Of a stretch of DNA of 64,000 bases, positions 47,559 to 57,822 are shown in pieces (position 1 is the first letter of the stretch; each line of letters begins with the position of its first letter). The position numbers and the translations under genes are program-made. Source of the stretch: Planctomycetota bacterium (GTDB lineage Bacteria > Planctomycetota > Phycisphaerae > FEN-1346). The DNA lies in contig JAUVZF010000006.1 in the NCBI GenBank assembly GCA_030602705.1, positions 12,223 to 76,222 of the forward strand, given 5' to 3'. The notes under the pieces are model-generated. The model worked only from the letters and a program-made list of their open reading frames with translations. It was not told the origin of the DNA and did not search any database.

Positions 47559-48066
47559 TGTTGCTGCTCCTTTCCGTTTCGTAGTCCTCGAGTACCCGGC
47601 TGGCTTCGGCCTCGCGTGCGAACAGGTTCCGCAGCAGAGAGGCCAGGCGCCCGTATTCGGTCACAAGATCCAGCGTGTCCTCGCCTAGTTCGATGGCCCG
47701 CCCGATGGCGGCCTGGCGCTGTGCAAACTCCTCGTCGAGGCGGGCCAGCGCAGCGCGGTACTCGTCTTCAAGGGCAATACGCTTGGCGAACCTCTCGATG
47801 GCGGTCGCCACGGCGACCTGCCCTTCGGCGTCGGCTGACTGGGCTAATGAAGCAGCCAGCGCGGCGTCCAACTGGGCCCGCTTCTCGGCGGCGAGTTGGT
47901 CCGTGACCTTTCCGTGGTACGAGGCCATCTCATCGCGGTACTGGACCATGGCAGCCAGTTGCAGCCTCTGACTCCGTTCCAGCGCCGGCGGCGTGCCGCA
48001 CCCCGCGACCGCAAGGACGAGGAGCGTTGCTGCGGCGAGCGAGCAGAATATCGGTGCGCGATTCAT
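47518..48066 (-). CDS. Coiled-coil lipoprotein (spanin-like?)
   Basis: Lipobox LAVAGCG. ATGA start/stop overlap with the upstream gene, and a GGAG RBS. Ala/Glu/Arg/Leu-rich helical body. Confidence 0.6.
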   Translation of the reverse strand: MNRAPIFCSLAAATLLVLAVAGCGTPPALERSQRLQLAAMVQYRDEMASYHGKVTDQLAAEKRAQLDAALAASLAQSADAEGQVAVATAIERFAKRIALEDEYRAALARLDEEFAQRQAAIGRAIELGEDTLDLVTEYGRLASLLRNLFAREAEASRVLEDYETERSSNNAGSGSKPEAHGR

Positions 48067-48524
48067 TCGGTATCTCCTTCGTTAGGTCCGGCGAACGGCA
48101 TGGGCTTCCCAGAGCGAGGCATGACCGACCGCACGAGTTCGTACATTTCGCGTCGGACGTCCCTGACATCCTGGCGTGCTTCGTCCCGCGTGGCCGCCAC
48201 CATCTCGACCGTGGATGCGTGCGGCCGTGCGGCGTGCTGCTCGAGCCAGTACGCAACACTCGCCACGTTCAGCCCGCCGCTGAACAGTTGGCCTCCCACA
48301 ACAAGCAGGATCACAAGGCGCCGGAGCGTCCGAATCTCCTGCCACGTGCGGGTGTTGGCGTCGCGCTGCTCCTGGCGAAAAGCCTCGCAGACGTCGCATG
48401 ACACATACGGGCTCGGAACGGGTGTCGTAAGGCATCCGCCCAACAAGGATCCCCCATTTCGGAAAGGGTCCTTTCGGACAGACTTCGGACCACCGTCGGC
48501 CGGGTTCTTATCCGCGGTACTCAA
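48063..48524 (-). CDS. Hypothetical single-TM protein
   Basis: One TM (LVILLVVGGQLFSGGL) then a charged helical region. N-terminus low-complexity and start uncertain. Confidence 0.4.
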   Translation of the reverse strand: MSTADKNPADGGPKSVRKDPFRNGGSLLGGCLTTPVPSPYVSCDVCEAFRQEQRDANTRTWQEIRTLRRLVILLVVGGQLFSGGLNVASVAYWLEQHAARPHASTVEMVAATRDEARQDVRDVRREMYELVRSVMPRSGKPMPFAGPNEGDTE

Positions 48525-49542
48525 AGTCCACCTCCACGATGAGTCGGATTGGACCGGTCACGGCCAGCCCCTCCCGATAAGTGCTCGTGTAGTTTGGCCC
48601 GCCGGGGCTCCACGCGGGACGGTCGGCGGAGTCGTCGCGCGTCGAACGGATCACCAGTGACGTGTCCGCGCCGGTGTTGACGGAATCGGCAGGGACCAGG
48701 ATGTGCTTGGGTCCGTAGTCCGCCGAGTCGAAGGAGCCAAGCGGCGTGCCTTCGCCGTCGACGACCTCGGCCGTAAACGTGTCGGAGAAATCCGCGGATC
48801 CCCCCGGCGCTTCGGTCGTGAAGTCGAGCCAGGCACCTCGAACGGTGTAGCCCACCAGCGCGCCCGTAGCGAAAGTCATCCGGAAGCCGCGCGACTCCAG
48901 GAACCACTGCTCGCTCGCTCCGGCGTCGAACACTTCGCCGCCCATTCCGACGTCATACGAAAGGCCCACGCTGACGCCGTCGTCATCCCCGTCGAACATG
49001 GCAAAGGTCGCGGCCCGCTCTTGTGGCCAGTTGCTGATGCCGAACGTCAGGCGGTACACGCTGTCGCGGCGCTCGCTTTCACTGACGGTGGGCAGAATCC
49101 GGACGCGGTCCAACCGGTTGACCGTCTCGTACAGTTCCTCGAAGATCGTCGCATAGGGTGGCGTCCAGGGGTTCGCGGGATTGCCCTGCTCGTCCTCGGC
49201 CGTCAGGTCGTAGGACCAGCCGTCGGCGCCGAAGGCGTCTTGGCAGAGGTTCGCGAGGGCGTAAAGCATGTTGCGGTTCTGGTCCCACCAACGCAGTGGC
49301 CAGGTGAGGTCCAACATCTCCTGGATCTCGAATTGGAAGTTCGCGACGGTCGGCGCCGGGGCCGGGTCGCCGTCGGTGGGCGTACCGCGAAGCGGGTCCC
49401 ACCGGCCAAACTCGTCTGGCACGTACCCCGCCTGGACGAGTCCGTCGCGCTCCGCCAGCGCCGCGCGGACCTCATTGATGATGAAGTCCGTGTCGAGGGC
49501 ATCGCGTGGCTCGGGCGGCCATCGATCGGGCGTCCACGGCAT
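48508..49542 (-). CDS. Phage tail/baseplate-associated protein (hypothetical)
   Basis: AGGAG RBS before ATG at 49542. Last large gene of the collinear structural module. Confidence 0.55.
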   Translation of the reverse strand: MPWTPDRWPPEPRDALDTDFIINEVRAALAERDGLVQAGYVPDEFGRWDPLRGTPTDGDPAPAPTVANFQFEIQEMLDLTWPLRWWDQNRNMLYALANLCQDAFGADGWSYDLTAEDEQGNPANPWTPPYATIFEELYETVNRLDRVRILPTVSESERRDSVYRLTFGISNWPQERAATFAMFDGDDDGVSVGLSYDVGMGGEVFDAGASEQWFLESRGFRMTFATGALVGYTVRGAWLDFTTEAPGGSADFSDTFTAEVVDGEGTPLGSFDSADYGPKHILVPADSVNTGADTSLVIRSTRDDSADRPAWSPGGPNYTSTYREGLAVTGPIRLIVEVDFEYRG

Positions 49543-49553
49543 CAAGTCACTCC

Positions 49554-50204
49554 TCACACCATCCGCGGCGGGTGCAACAGGATGATCCACCCCGCCGGGG
49601 TCCAGAGAATCCGGACATACCGGTCGAAACCGTCCGGGCCGGCGAGATACCCTGCCTCGTCGGGCCAGAGTTCGCCGATGTTCGGCACTCCGGCGATGGG
49701 GTCACCGTCGTTCTCGAAGCCGCCTTCTTCCCGGCGGACCGGTTGGACGGTATACGTCCCGCCGCTGTAGGACACGATTCGCGCAACCCGCCACGTCCAA
49801 CGCTCAACCGGAACGTTTGTCAGGTACACCATTTCGGGCGGGCCGCTGCGGTCCGGCCGCTCCTCGACGCGGATGACCGTGTCTTCGGGGACCAGGTGCG
49901 TGCCGGCCTCGGCCTCGGCGATGTTGTGGACCGTGATTCCCTCCAGGCCGCCGGGCACGGCCTCCCACTCGATGTGCCCCCCTGCGTCGGTGCCCTCTGG
50001 GCGCACCTCGTCGGCGTAGTACCTCTCGTCGGGCGGGCTGCCGGGCGCACCGCCGGCAACGCGGCACCAGAGAAGCCGGTAGGGCGGCCCGCCGGGGCTG
50101 ACCTCCGTCCAGCGGTCGGCCGGTCGGGCGGCCTCCAGGTCGCGATCGTCGCCCCGGTCCAGTGCGGCGTCCGGCGCGTAGATCCTCAGTCGGTCGGTTC
50201 CCAT
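49554..50204 (-). CDS. Phage structural protein (hypothetical)
   Basis: GGAGTGAGG RBS. Tight packing within the module. Confidence 0.5.
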   Translation of the reverse strand: MGTDRLRIYAPDAALDRGDDRDLEAARPADRWTEVSPGGPPYRLLWCRVAGGAPGSPPDERYYADEVRPEGTDAGGHIEWEAVPGGLEGITVHNIAEAEAGTHLVPEDTVIRVEERPDRSGPPEMVYLTNVPVERWTWRVARIVSYSGGTYTVQPVRREEGGFENDGDPIAGVPNIGELWPDEAGYLAGPDGFDRYVRILWTPAGWIILLHPPRMV

Positions 50205-50214
50205 GATGCGGGCC

Positions 50215-52032
50215 TCACTCCAGTTCGAGTTCCGTTTGCGGTGTCGGCGCGAAGGTGAAGCGGATGCGTGTCACCACGGGCGCGGTGGCGCAGGCGCCGT
50301 GCTCTCGGGTCAGGTCCAGCCGCCTGCCGCGAATGCCCAGGATGCGCTCGCCCACGCGGTGGCCCATTGCCAGGCAGGGCACCTCGATGCGCGTCGGCGC
50401 AGGGGCACGCCGGTCGGCCTCGTAGGCTGCGCGGACGAGTTCATCGAGCCTTGCAGAATCGTCGGCCTCGTCGGCGCCGGCCTGGCCATAGAAGCGGCTC
50501 GTCGTGGCGACGTGGTGGAACCGATACCCGGCTGGGACGTTCAGGTGTCTGGTTCGTCCCGGCAGGGCGGCATCGCCGTCGCCGGCGTACTCGGCCGCCA
50601 GGACGGAGTCGCTCCCGATGGTGGCCGTCACCCGGACGCGCACCTCGTGCCGCATGACGGCCGCCAGGTAGCGGACGGGCAGGGGATCGTCTGTCAGGTA
50701 CAGGCCGCACTCGCGCTCGAGGACCCGCACTCCCAGGTTCATCCGTTCCCAGGAGGCCCCGCTGTCGAGCGAGACCTCGACGTACACACCGTGGCTCCGC
50801 CCCAGGACGTCGCGCGACAGGCACGGCCGCAGACGCCGGCGGCGGCGGACGTAAGGCTCCCCTTCGAACAGGGCCGACAGGTCGGGCGCCGGCCCGCGCT
50901 CGTACGGGCTCTCGCTGTACTCGCCCGTCTCGTTCAGGGCCCACTTGCGAAAGACGTCGCGGACCGTGTCGAAGTCCGGGTTGGCGCTTGGGCTGAAGTC
51001 GTCGGGGTCGTATGTTTCGAGAGCGTCGTCCCAGCCGGCGACCAGGTCGAACGTGGACTCGTACATCTTGCGGTCGCCGCGGGCCACGTAGTGCCGAGGC
51101 GCCGACTCGAAGTGCATCCGGACCGTCAGGTTCGCCAAGTCCGTGGCGCGGGGATCGTACCGCCCGCCCGGGCGCTGGTGCGCGAGCCATCCGACCGGCG
51201 CGCGGTCGGGATACCAGATTTCGAGTCGGCGGCTGATGCCGCTTTCGCCGGCCTCGGCGGCGACGAGAATACGCCCGCCCGCCAGTTCGAGCAGCGCGTC
51301 AAGCGCCTCGGCCAGCGTCTGCCCTTCGAGCGACACGTCGCGGATTATGAGGGGCTCAACTGCCGCGCGGACCTCGCTCGGCGAGGGAACGTCCACGTCA
51401 GCCGAGGCGCCGTGTTCGGCGAGCAGGTAGGCCACGGCCTCGTCCAGCGTCCAGGCCGAGGCGCCGCCCGAGTCGGGCGCGAAGACGGTGTGCGGATCGC
51501 CGGTGCCCGGGTCGTAGCGCTGGTCAGCGGCGTTGGGTTGTCCGTCGGGGTTGAACACCAGGGGCAGGCCTTCGACGCGGTCTGCGTTTGCGTCGGCCGT
51601 CCAGGCGCGCCGGCCGCCGACACGCCGCCGGAGGAGTCCGCCCGCCGGGTCCTCGGCCTCAAAGCAGAGGCGCTCGTCGCCGGGGTCCAGGCCCATCTCG
51701 ATCCGTCCGATGCGGCCTTCGAACACGATCAGGTCATCGCGGCCGGTGCCCGGAAAGACCCCACCGCGAAGCAGCGTGGCGCGGACGGTCCGGCCGGGGC
51801 GAATCGATGCTGCGATGTCCTCCAGGCGGACGTCCTCTCCGGTTGTCGGGCTGCGCCCGAGACCGGCCGAGAACCGCGCCGTCGGCGCGGCGCCCACCTC
51901 GGACTGGATGCAGTCGAGGCGGAGGCGCGGCTCTACTTGCCCATCGATCCGGACCTCAACCTGCGGCGGCGCCAGGAGGGTCACGCCTGCCGTTCGGTCG
52001 AAGAACGCCGCGGTGTTTGGCTGGATGGTCAT
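50215..52032 (-). CDS. Phage tail protein (large, about 605 aa)
   Basis: ATG at 52032 in an ATGA overlap with the upstream LamG gene. The track's N-terminal extension to 52191 is Arg/Pro-rich artefact. Confidence 0.55.
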   Translation of the reverse strand: MTIQPNTAAFFDRTAGVTLLAPPQVEVRIDGQVEPRLRLDCIQSEVGAAPTARFSAGLGRSPTTGEDVRLEDIAASIRPGRTVRATLLRGGVFPGTGRDDLIVFEGRIGRIEMGLDPGDERLCFEAEDPAGGLLRRRVGGRRAWTADANADRVEGLPLVFNPDGQPNAADQRYDPGTGDPHTVFAPDSGGASAWTLDEAVAYLLAEHGASADVDVPSPSEVRAAVEPLIIRDVSLEGQTLAEALDALLELAGGRILVAAEAGESGISRRLEIWYPDRAPVGWLAHQRPGGRYDPRATDLANLTVRMHFESAPRHYVARGDRKMYESTFDLVAGWDDALETYDPDDFSPSANPDFDTVRDVFRKWALNETGEYSESPYERGPAPDLSALFEGEPYVRRRRRLRPCLSRDVLGRSHGVYVEVSLDSGASWERMNLGVRVLERECGLYLTDDPLPVRYLAAVMRHEVRVRVTATIGSDSVLAAEYAGDGDAALPGRTRHLNVPAGYRFHHVATTSRFYGQAGADEADDSARLDELVRAAYEADRRAPAPTRIEVPCLAMGHRVGERILGIRGRRLDLTREHGACATAPVVTRIRFTFAPTPQTELELE

Positions 52033-53693
52033 GGGGTAGTCTCCGCTTCCAGGGCGTCCACCTCGGCGGGGGGCGTGGCGTCGGGCGTGACGCGGGCGAT
52101 GGCGGGCTGTTCGTCCCACACACCGCCGGCCGTCACGGCGCGGGCCGCCAGTTGATGTTCGACACCGGGCGTCAGCGGGTCGCTCGTCCACGCGTACCAG
52201 GACTGACCTTCGCGCCAGGGCACTTCGTCCAGGGGCGTTTCGTAATCGATCGTGCCGGTGCCACCGTCACCGAAGACCCGGAAGGTCTGTGGCAGAACGC
52301 CGCCCAGCCCGACCCGGTACCGCCACTGGAGCCTTGCTGCGCCGAGGGGAAGCGGTGTTGCGGTGGCGGCCAGGGCCCCGGCCGGGCGGTCCGGTTCGCG
52401 CTCTCCGTCGGCGCTGGTCTCCAGGCGGACCTCGTCCTGCACCGTGGGGCTTTCCCGGCCGCCTGCGTCCACGGGCCGGATGCCGAACCAGTGGACGGTC
52501 TCGACGGCAAGGGCGTCGGTCTCGGCTTCGGTGACGCTCGGTCCCACGCGGGCCCACGGCTCGTCATAGTCGAGTGACTCCGGGCCGGGACCGCTCGCGT
52601 GGTAGAGGTTGTAGCCGGCCTCGCTCGCCAGCGCGTCAACACTCTCGATAGTCGGCGAGGCCAGGCGGTCCTCGGAGGCCGAGAGCGTGGCTCGCCACTG
52701 GAAGTGGCGGCCGTCGGGCAGCGCCGGCGGGTCGCCCGAGTAGGACTGCCAGACGGCCTGGGGGTCGCCGCCGGCGTCGGTCTCGTCGGCTGCGCGGACT
52801 TGCCAGGCGGTGTCGCAGCCGGGCGGGACGGTCTGGGTGCGAACCAGGTCCGTCCAGTCGGCCTGGAGCCGGACGGCGTCGAAGGTGGGCGAGGTGAACG
52901 TGCCGGATGCGTACATTCGATGAATCGAGAAGTCGGAGGCGTATCTGGCCGAACTCGACAGTCGCACCTCGTCAAGAATGGCGTCTATGTCGCATCCGCC
53001 CAAAGACGGCGAGTAGCGGCCGAGCAGGAGCGAATAGTCGCCCGCAGGAAGCGCGACGATGCCCGTGGTGTCCGAGGCGCGTTCGATACCATTTACGAAA
53101 AGCCGAAGGGAATTCGGCGCATCAAGCACAGCAGCCACGTGCCACGATTCGCCGCTCGCAAGGAGGGCATCGGCGTCCTCACCCTGCCATTTGGCGTGGC
53201 CGACCAGCACGCTCCCGATATAAAGGCGCGCCTGGATACGAGACCTGCACGTCGGGTCCGGGACCCGGCGAATCGCATCGACGCCGATCTTGTTGTCATC
53301 GTCCAACCAATACTGGAGTACTTGGCGAGACGCCCAACCTGCTTGTGGTACTTGCTGGAAATCCCGAACCCAGCATTCGAACGTGAGCGCCGACCGCGCA
53401 GGCTGGGCGGCATAGTCGGCTTCCATCCAGTCATTGTCGGCCCGGACGAACCGGTAGCCGTCCTCGATGCTTGCGGCCCCGTGATTTGTGAAGGCGTGAC
53501 CGCCGCTGGATTCGTCTTCTAGGCCGGTCCCTTCGCCCTGGCAGCCGCCATCGTGCAGGTGCCAGAGACCGAGCGTGTCGCCGTCGTCGGCGAACTCGTC
53601 GAAGTCCACCTTCAGGCCGGTGCCGGTGGCGATCCGGATCCCGTCGCGGTCGCCGTCGGCGAAGTTGGTTTCGTCCATGCGGAAGGTGAGCAT
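52029..53693 (-). CDS. Phage tail fibre-like protein with LamG/concanavalin-like lectin domain
   Basis: Laminin-G/pentraxin-like motif (GESWHVAAVLDAPNSLRLFVNGIERAS...DEVRLSS). ATG at 53693 with GGAG RBS. Confidence 0.55.
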   Translation of the reverse strand: MLTFRMDETNFADGDRDGIRIATGTGLKVDFDEFADDGDTLGLWHLHDGGCQGEGTGLEDESSGGHAFTNHGAASIEDGYRFVRADNDWMEADYAAQPARSALTFECWVRDFQQVPQAGWASRQVLQYWLDDDNKIGVDAIRRVPDPTCRSRIQARLYIGSVLVGHAKWQGEDADALLASGESWHVAAVLDAPNSLRLFVNGIERASDTTGIVALPAGDYSLLLGRYSPSLGGCDIDAILDEVRLSSSARYASDFSIHRMYASGTFTSPTFDAVRLQADWTDLVRTQTVPPGCDTAWQVRAADETDAGGDPQAVWQSYSGDPPALPDGRHFQWRATLSASEDRLASPTIESVDALASEAGYNLYHASGPGPESLDYDEPWARVGPSVTEAETDALAVETVHWFGIRPVDAGGRESPTVQDEVRLETSADGEREPDRPAGALAATATPLPLGAARLQWRYRVGLGGVLPQTFRVFGDGGTGTIDYETPLDEVPWREGQSWYAWTSDPLTPGVEHQLAARAVTAGGVWDEQPAIARVTPDATPPAEVDALEAETTP

Positions 53694-53711
53694 GATGCGC
53701 AATCTCCGGAG

Positions 53712-53957
53712 TCAGACGGCTTCGAGGTCCACTTTGCGGGTGGTGTCGCCGACGCGGACCCGCAACTGCCCCAGGTCCGAGCGGACCCACTGCTCTCCGT
53801 CGGCGGGCGAGGCGGGGTCGTCGGTCCGGACGGGGACGAGCCACGCGGCGGCGTCGAGAAGATCGAAGTTCGCGTTCACCACTTCGTCCCAGTCGCCGAC
53901 GTGGTCGCCGTGACCGGGTTTCTCGAGGTTCAAGTTGGGGGTGTAGGTTGAAGCCAT
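53712..53957 (-). CDS. Small phage protein (81 aa)
   Basis: AAAGGGGA RBS. N-terminus MASTYTPNLNLEKP. Confidence 0.5.
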   Translation of the reverse strand: MASTYTPNLNLEKPGHGDHVGDWDEVVNANFDLLDAAAWLVPVRTDDPASPADGEQWVRSDLGQLRVRVGDTTRKVDLEAV

Positions 53958-53995
53958 GTCGCGTCCCCTTTTCTGCGCATTTGGAGTTTTCGCGT

Positions 53996-54739
53996 TTACA
54001 GGTCCGGGCTCGGCTGCCAGGCGAGCGTTGCCGTCCGGGTTTGGGCGTCGTAGGCGATGACGCGGAAGTCGTCGGGCGGCCGGGGCAGCGGCGCCACGTT
54101 TATCTCAACCTCCGCAGCGGTCGCGAGGCGGTTGCCGGCGGAGTCCATGGCGACCACGGCCAGGCGCCACGTGCCGGGCTCAAGAAGGTCGGTGGTCCAC
54201 TCGTACAGCGCGGCCGATTGGCCGTAGCCGCCCACGCCGTAGCCGCCGCAGCCGTAGCCCCATGGCGCGAGGCCGCCCGGCTTGGCCGGAACGGACGACT
54301 CGTTCAGGGGTGCCTCGTAGTCCACGGTGCCGGTGCGGTCATCGCCGAAGAGGTCGAACGAATCGAGGTTCGGGTCCAGATACTCACCCGCCTGCCACGT
54401 CAGGTGCACCTGAGCGCCGGCGTCCTGGCCGAACCCGGCGAGCAGACTGCCGAAATCGGTCCATCGGTCGGCCGACTCGACCGCGACGACCTCGACCAGT
54501 AGCGTCTCGGTCGGCCCGCCTGGACCAACCGGTGCTGATACGACCAACCGCCGGTCCTCCGGCTTCGCCGTGACGCCCGTCAGTTGGCCGTTGACATAGA
54601 CCTGGTGCCAGGCGCCCTCTTGCGTCGAGTCCCAGATCGCCTCGACGGCACCGGGCGCCACGACGGCGCCGTCGGACGCCAAGTCGAGGGCCAACGGACG
54701 GACCCGAACATGCGTGATGCCTTCGGTCGTGTAAGACAC
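53996..54739 (-). CDS. Phage tail protein with Gly/Tyr-rich segment and Ig/FN3-like C-terminus
   Basis: GTG start at 54739 with GGCGAGG RBS just after the upstream stop. The track ORF to 55441 is antisense artefact. Contains WGYGCGGYGVGGYGQS. Confidence 0.5.
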   Translation of the reverse strand: MSYTTEGITHVRVRPLALDLASDGAVVAPGAVEAIWDSTQEGAWHQVYVNGQLTGVTAKPEDRRLVVSAPVGPGGPTETLLVEVVAVESADRWTDFGSLLAGFGQDAGAQVHLTWQAGEYLDPNLDSFDLFGDDRTGTVDYEAPLNESSVPAKPGGLAPWGYGCGGYGVGGYGQSAALYEWTTDLLEPGTWRLAVVAMDSAGNRLATAAEVEINVAPLPRPPDDFRVIAYDAQTRTATLAWQPSPDL

Positions 54740-54756
54740 GGTTACCTCGCCTGCCC

Positions 54757-55605
54757 CTACGGGGCCAGTTGCCGGTACGTGATCTCGTAAGGCTGGTGCC
54801 ACTCGGTGCCGATGCGGGGAGGGCCACGGCGGTCGAACCGCTCCAGGCGACAGTTCGGATAGTCCACGCCGTCCGGCGTGGTGAGCGTGTAGGTGCGGCC
54901 GTCGATGAACGCCTCGATGGCTGCCTCTAGGATGGCTAGCGCCATCGCCGAGGCCGCTGAGAGGACGCCTGCCTGGCGGATTTCTCGCGGCCCGTCGCCC
55001 AGGTCGAGGGCGAGTCCGCCCGAGAGGCCGTTGAATGCCTGATCCTTGACACGGCGGACCGGGCTGCCGACCGTCACAACATGGGCGCCGGAAGAGAACA
55101 GGGCCTCGTCGTCGAACGTGGCCGCGCCGACCATTGGCTCGGCCCAGTAGCCCGATGCGCCGGCGAGGACGAGCGATGTCGGTTGGCCGGCGACGGCTTC
55201 CGTTAAGCGAACCGCCCCCAGGCGCGTCGCGCCGACGGTCGGCGTGAGCGAGTCGTCCCGCTCGGACGGCGGTCCGTCTTGAGCGCGGCCTGAGAGCAGC
55301 GGGTTGGCGGCCACGGCGTTGCGGCAGGCCTCGGCCAGGGAGACGAGCGCCTCGAAGGCACGTGTCCCGGGGACCGCACGGTCGAGAACACGGGCGCGCC
55401 AGTGCACGAGGTGGTACGCAGCCACGGGTGCCTCGGGCCACGTCAGGCTCTCCGTGCCGGACGGTTCAAGGACGGCGGCCGGCAGGCGGCTCAGCGGCAT
55501 CTCGACCGGCTCTTCCGTGCGGACTAGCCGGACGGTCCGCAGGCCGGAGACCGCCGCCAGGATTTCGCGGATCGCTTCGAGGATTTCCAGGTCGGCGAGG
55601 TTCAT
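54757..55605 (-). CDS. Phage structural protein (head-tail joining/tail-proximal, hypothetical)
   Basis: GAGGAG RBS before ATG at 55605. Position is between the capsid and tail genes. Confidence 0.5.
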   Translation of the reverse strand: MNLADLEILEAIREILAAVSGLRTVRLVRTEEPVEMPLSRLPAAVLEPSGTESLTWPEAPVAAYHLVHWRARVLDRAVPGTRAFEALVSLAEACRNAVAANPLLSGRAQDGPPSERDDSLTPTVGATRLGAVRLTEAVAGQPTSLVLAGASGYWAEPMVGAATFDDEALFSSGAHVVTVGSPVRRVKDQAFNGLSGGLALDLGDGPREIRQAGVLSAASAMALAILEAAIEAFIDGRTYTLTTPDGVDYPNCRLERFDRRGPPRIGTEWHQPYEITYRQLAP

Positions 55606-55685
55606 TGGTTACTCCTCGTTCACGTGGCTCCTCGCCCGTTCGGGCGGCCGACCTCGCCGCTTGTGCGCGGTGTGGTCGAGCGGCA

Positions 55686-56344
55686 TCAGTCGCGGCGAAG
55701 TCGATGGCTTGCGAGTGTTCGGACGTCATCAGGCCGGCCGTCGGCGTCGCGGTCGAGGACGAGGCGTGCCTTGGCGATCTCATCTTCATAGAGGTGGGCA
55801 TAGTGCTCGGCCTTGTGTGCGAGGCCGCTTGCTTCCGGTCCGCCGCCTGCCTGACCGCGATAGAGCGTGGCCAGAACGAGCGCGACACTCGCCCGGCGAA
55901 GGCTGCGATGCTCGGCGATCCATCGCGCCAAGTCCTCGCCTTGGCCGGAGGCGTCGGTTTCCAGGCCAAAGCGGGTCAGGAGCGTCCAGCGCGTCTCCTC
56001 GTGCTGCGGGTCGAACGTCTGAATTCGGAACTCAAGGTCCGTGGCCGTGGGCAGGGGAACCCACTCATCGCCGCGTCCACCGACCAGGCCGGCCATCAGT
56101 TCGGTCTCGCTTTCGACGCTGATGACTTCGTAGTACCCATCCACACCCTGATCCGCGTTTCTGAGATGGATGACGTGCCCGGCACGGACTTTGCTGGTGA
56201 TGAACAGTCCACCGGCGGCGACGACGGAGAATGTCTCGCTTGAGGCGCTGTTGCCCTGAGTCAGGCACTGGTGGTCGAGGACGATTTCCCGCATGAGGGC
56301 GGGTTCCCATTTGAGCAGGTCAGCATCGGTCGAGAAGTTGGTCA
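55686..56344 (-). CDS. Phage head-tail adaptor-like protein (hypothetical, 219 aa)
   Basis: ATG at 56344 with AAGGAGA RBS. The track's upstream extension is Arg-rich artefact. Confidence 0.5.
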
Positions 56345-56535
56345 TCGGACATCTCCTTGTTGCCGAGACTTGAACTCGGTCGTGCTCTTCGTCGGGGACC
56401 GTGCTCGCTGCCTCTCGGTGGCGGCTCGTTCCCTCCCGCTTCACCCTCGGAGCGTGGTGTGCACACGTAGCCGACCCCGCGGGGGAGGCGGGAGGGGTCG
56501 GTCGCCGGAGCGACCGACCGGCCTCCCGACAGCGG

Positions 56536-57687
56536 TCAGGCCGTGTCCAGCCCACGGATCACGCCGTGGGCCGCCTCGTTCCTGAGTTCCAGCGTGTACT
56601 CGCCCAGGACTTGGCCCTTCTCGAAGTCGCCCGTCACTGCCAGCGGCCGGTAGTGGAAACTGCGCCCGGCTAGGGGCAGGATTTGGATGCGGCTCGAGTC
56701 AAGCAGGACGACGGCATCGCGCGGTACCCACCGCGAGAGCACGACGCGCTGGACGCCGAAGTCGCTCTCATAGATGGCCACCTGGCTGGTGAACCGCGGG
56801 TCGTCGGGCGCGTAGGCCCGCGAGCCCGCGCCGAACTGGCTGATGACACGCTTCTGGTACCCGTTGACGGCGATCAGGTCCACTTGGCCGCTCGATTGCT
56901 CCCAGATCAGCCGCAGAGCCGTGTTGAGTTTGGCCTCGTCGAGGTCGTTGCCGCTGGGGAACCCGCCAGTTCCGGGGACGAAGCGGTTGGTCGCGAGTTG
57001 CGGCAGGATGCCGTTCATGGTGCGGCGGACAGTCTCGGAGCCGATCCGGTCGGCCTCCGGTGAGATGCCCCCGAGGATGGTATTCTCGAGATCCCTGAGC
57101 AGTTCCCGCAGCGCCTTGGCCTTCTGGAAGTCCACCTCGTCGGCCAGGCCCAAATGCCGCACGGCCAGTTCGCTGCCAGACACCAGGACGGTCTTCGAGA
57201 AGATCTGGGTCCAGTTGCTCCGCCGCGTGCGGACGGTGAACCGGGCGGCGTCGGCGTCTTGGCCTTCGAGCGACGCGTTGCCAAGGATGTGCATCGTGTC
57301 GCCAGCCGCGATGTCTTCGGCCGTCGTTCCGCCGTAGCCGCGGGTCACCGTGACGGTACTGGAGCCGACTGCAGTGACGAGGAGGAGTTCCTCTGAGTCG
57401 CCGCAGCGAACCTGGTCGCCCACGCGGAACCGGTCCGGGTGGTCCACCTCGATCTCGGTGTCGGTCTGGGGGTTGGTGGGCGTGGTAGTGACGGTGTCGG
57501 TGTTCGGCAGGAGCGTATCCTCAAGCCACTCGTGATGCGTGGATCGAGCTTCCACCTGCGGGTCACCGATGGCGTCGAGCAGGGGCGTCTCGAACGGGCT
57601 GACGATGCCCACGAGGTCCGAGACATCTTCGGCGATCTCGGGCAGGCTGGCGCCTGCGGAGTACGTTGCTTTTCCGGTAAACGGCAT
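56536..57687 (-). CDS. Phage major capsid protein (HK97-fold-type, inferred)
   Basis: AAAGGAGA RBS. 383 aa. Positioned directly after the scaffold gene. Sequence character resembles podovirus-type major capsid proteins (N-terminal MPFTGKATYSAG...). Confidence 0.6.
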   Translation of the reverse strand: MPFTGKATYSAGASLPEIAEDVSDLVGIVSPFETPLLDAIGDPQVEARSTHHEWLEDTLLPNTDTVTTTPTNPQTDTEIEVDHPDRFRVGDQVRCGDSEELLLVTAVGSSTVTVTRGYGGTTAEDIAAGDTMHILGNASLEGQDADAARFTVRTRRSNWTQIFSKTVLVSGSELAVRHLGLADEVDFQKAKALRELLRDLENTILGGISPEADRIGSETVRRTMNGILPQLATNRFVPGTGGFPSGNDLDEAKLNTALRLIWEQSSGQVDLIAVNGYQKRVISQFGAGSRAYAPDDPRFTSQVAIYESDFGVQRVVLSRWVPRDAVVLLDSSRIQILPLAGRSFHYRPLAVTGDFEKGQVLGEYTLELRNEAAHGVIRGLDTA

Positions 57688-57822
57688 GGTTGTCTCCTTT
57701 TCGTGTTTGGGGTTGACGCTTGCTTCTGCGTGCTCTCAACCTTCCCGGTACGGGTGCCGCAAGGCATCCGTCCGAAAAGGATCCTGACTTCGGACCGGTC
57801 GCGGCGCGGTTCGCGACGGCCC

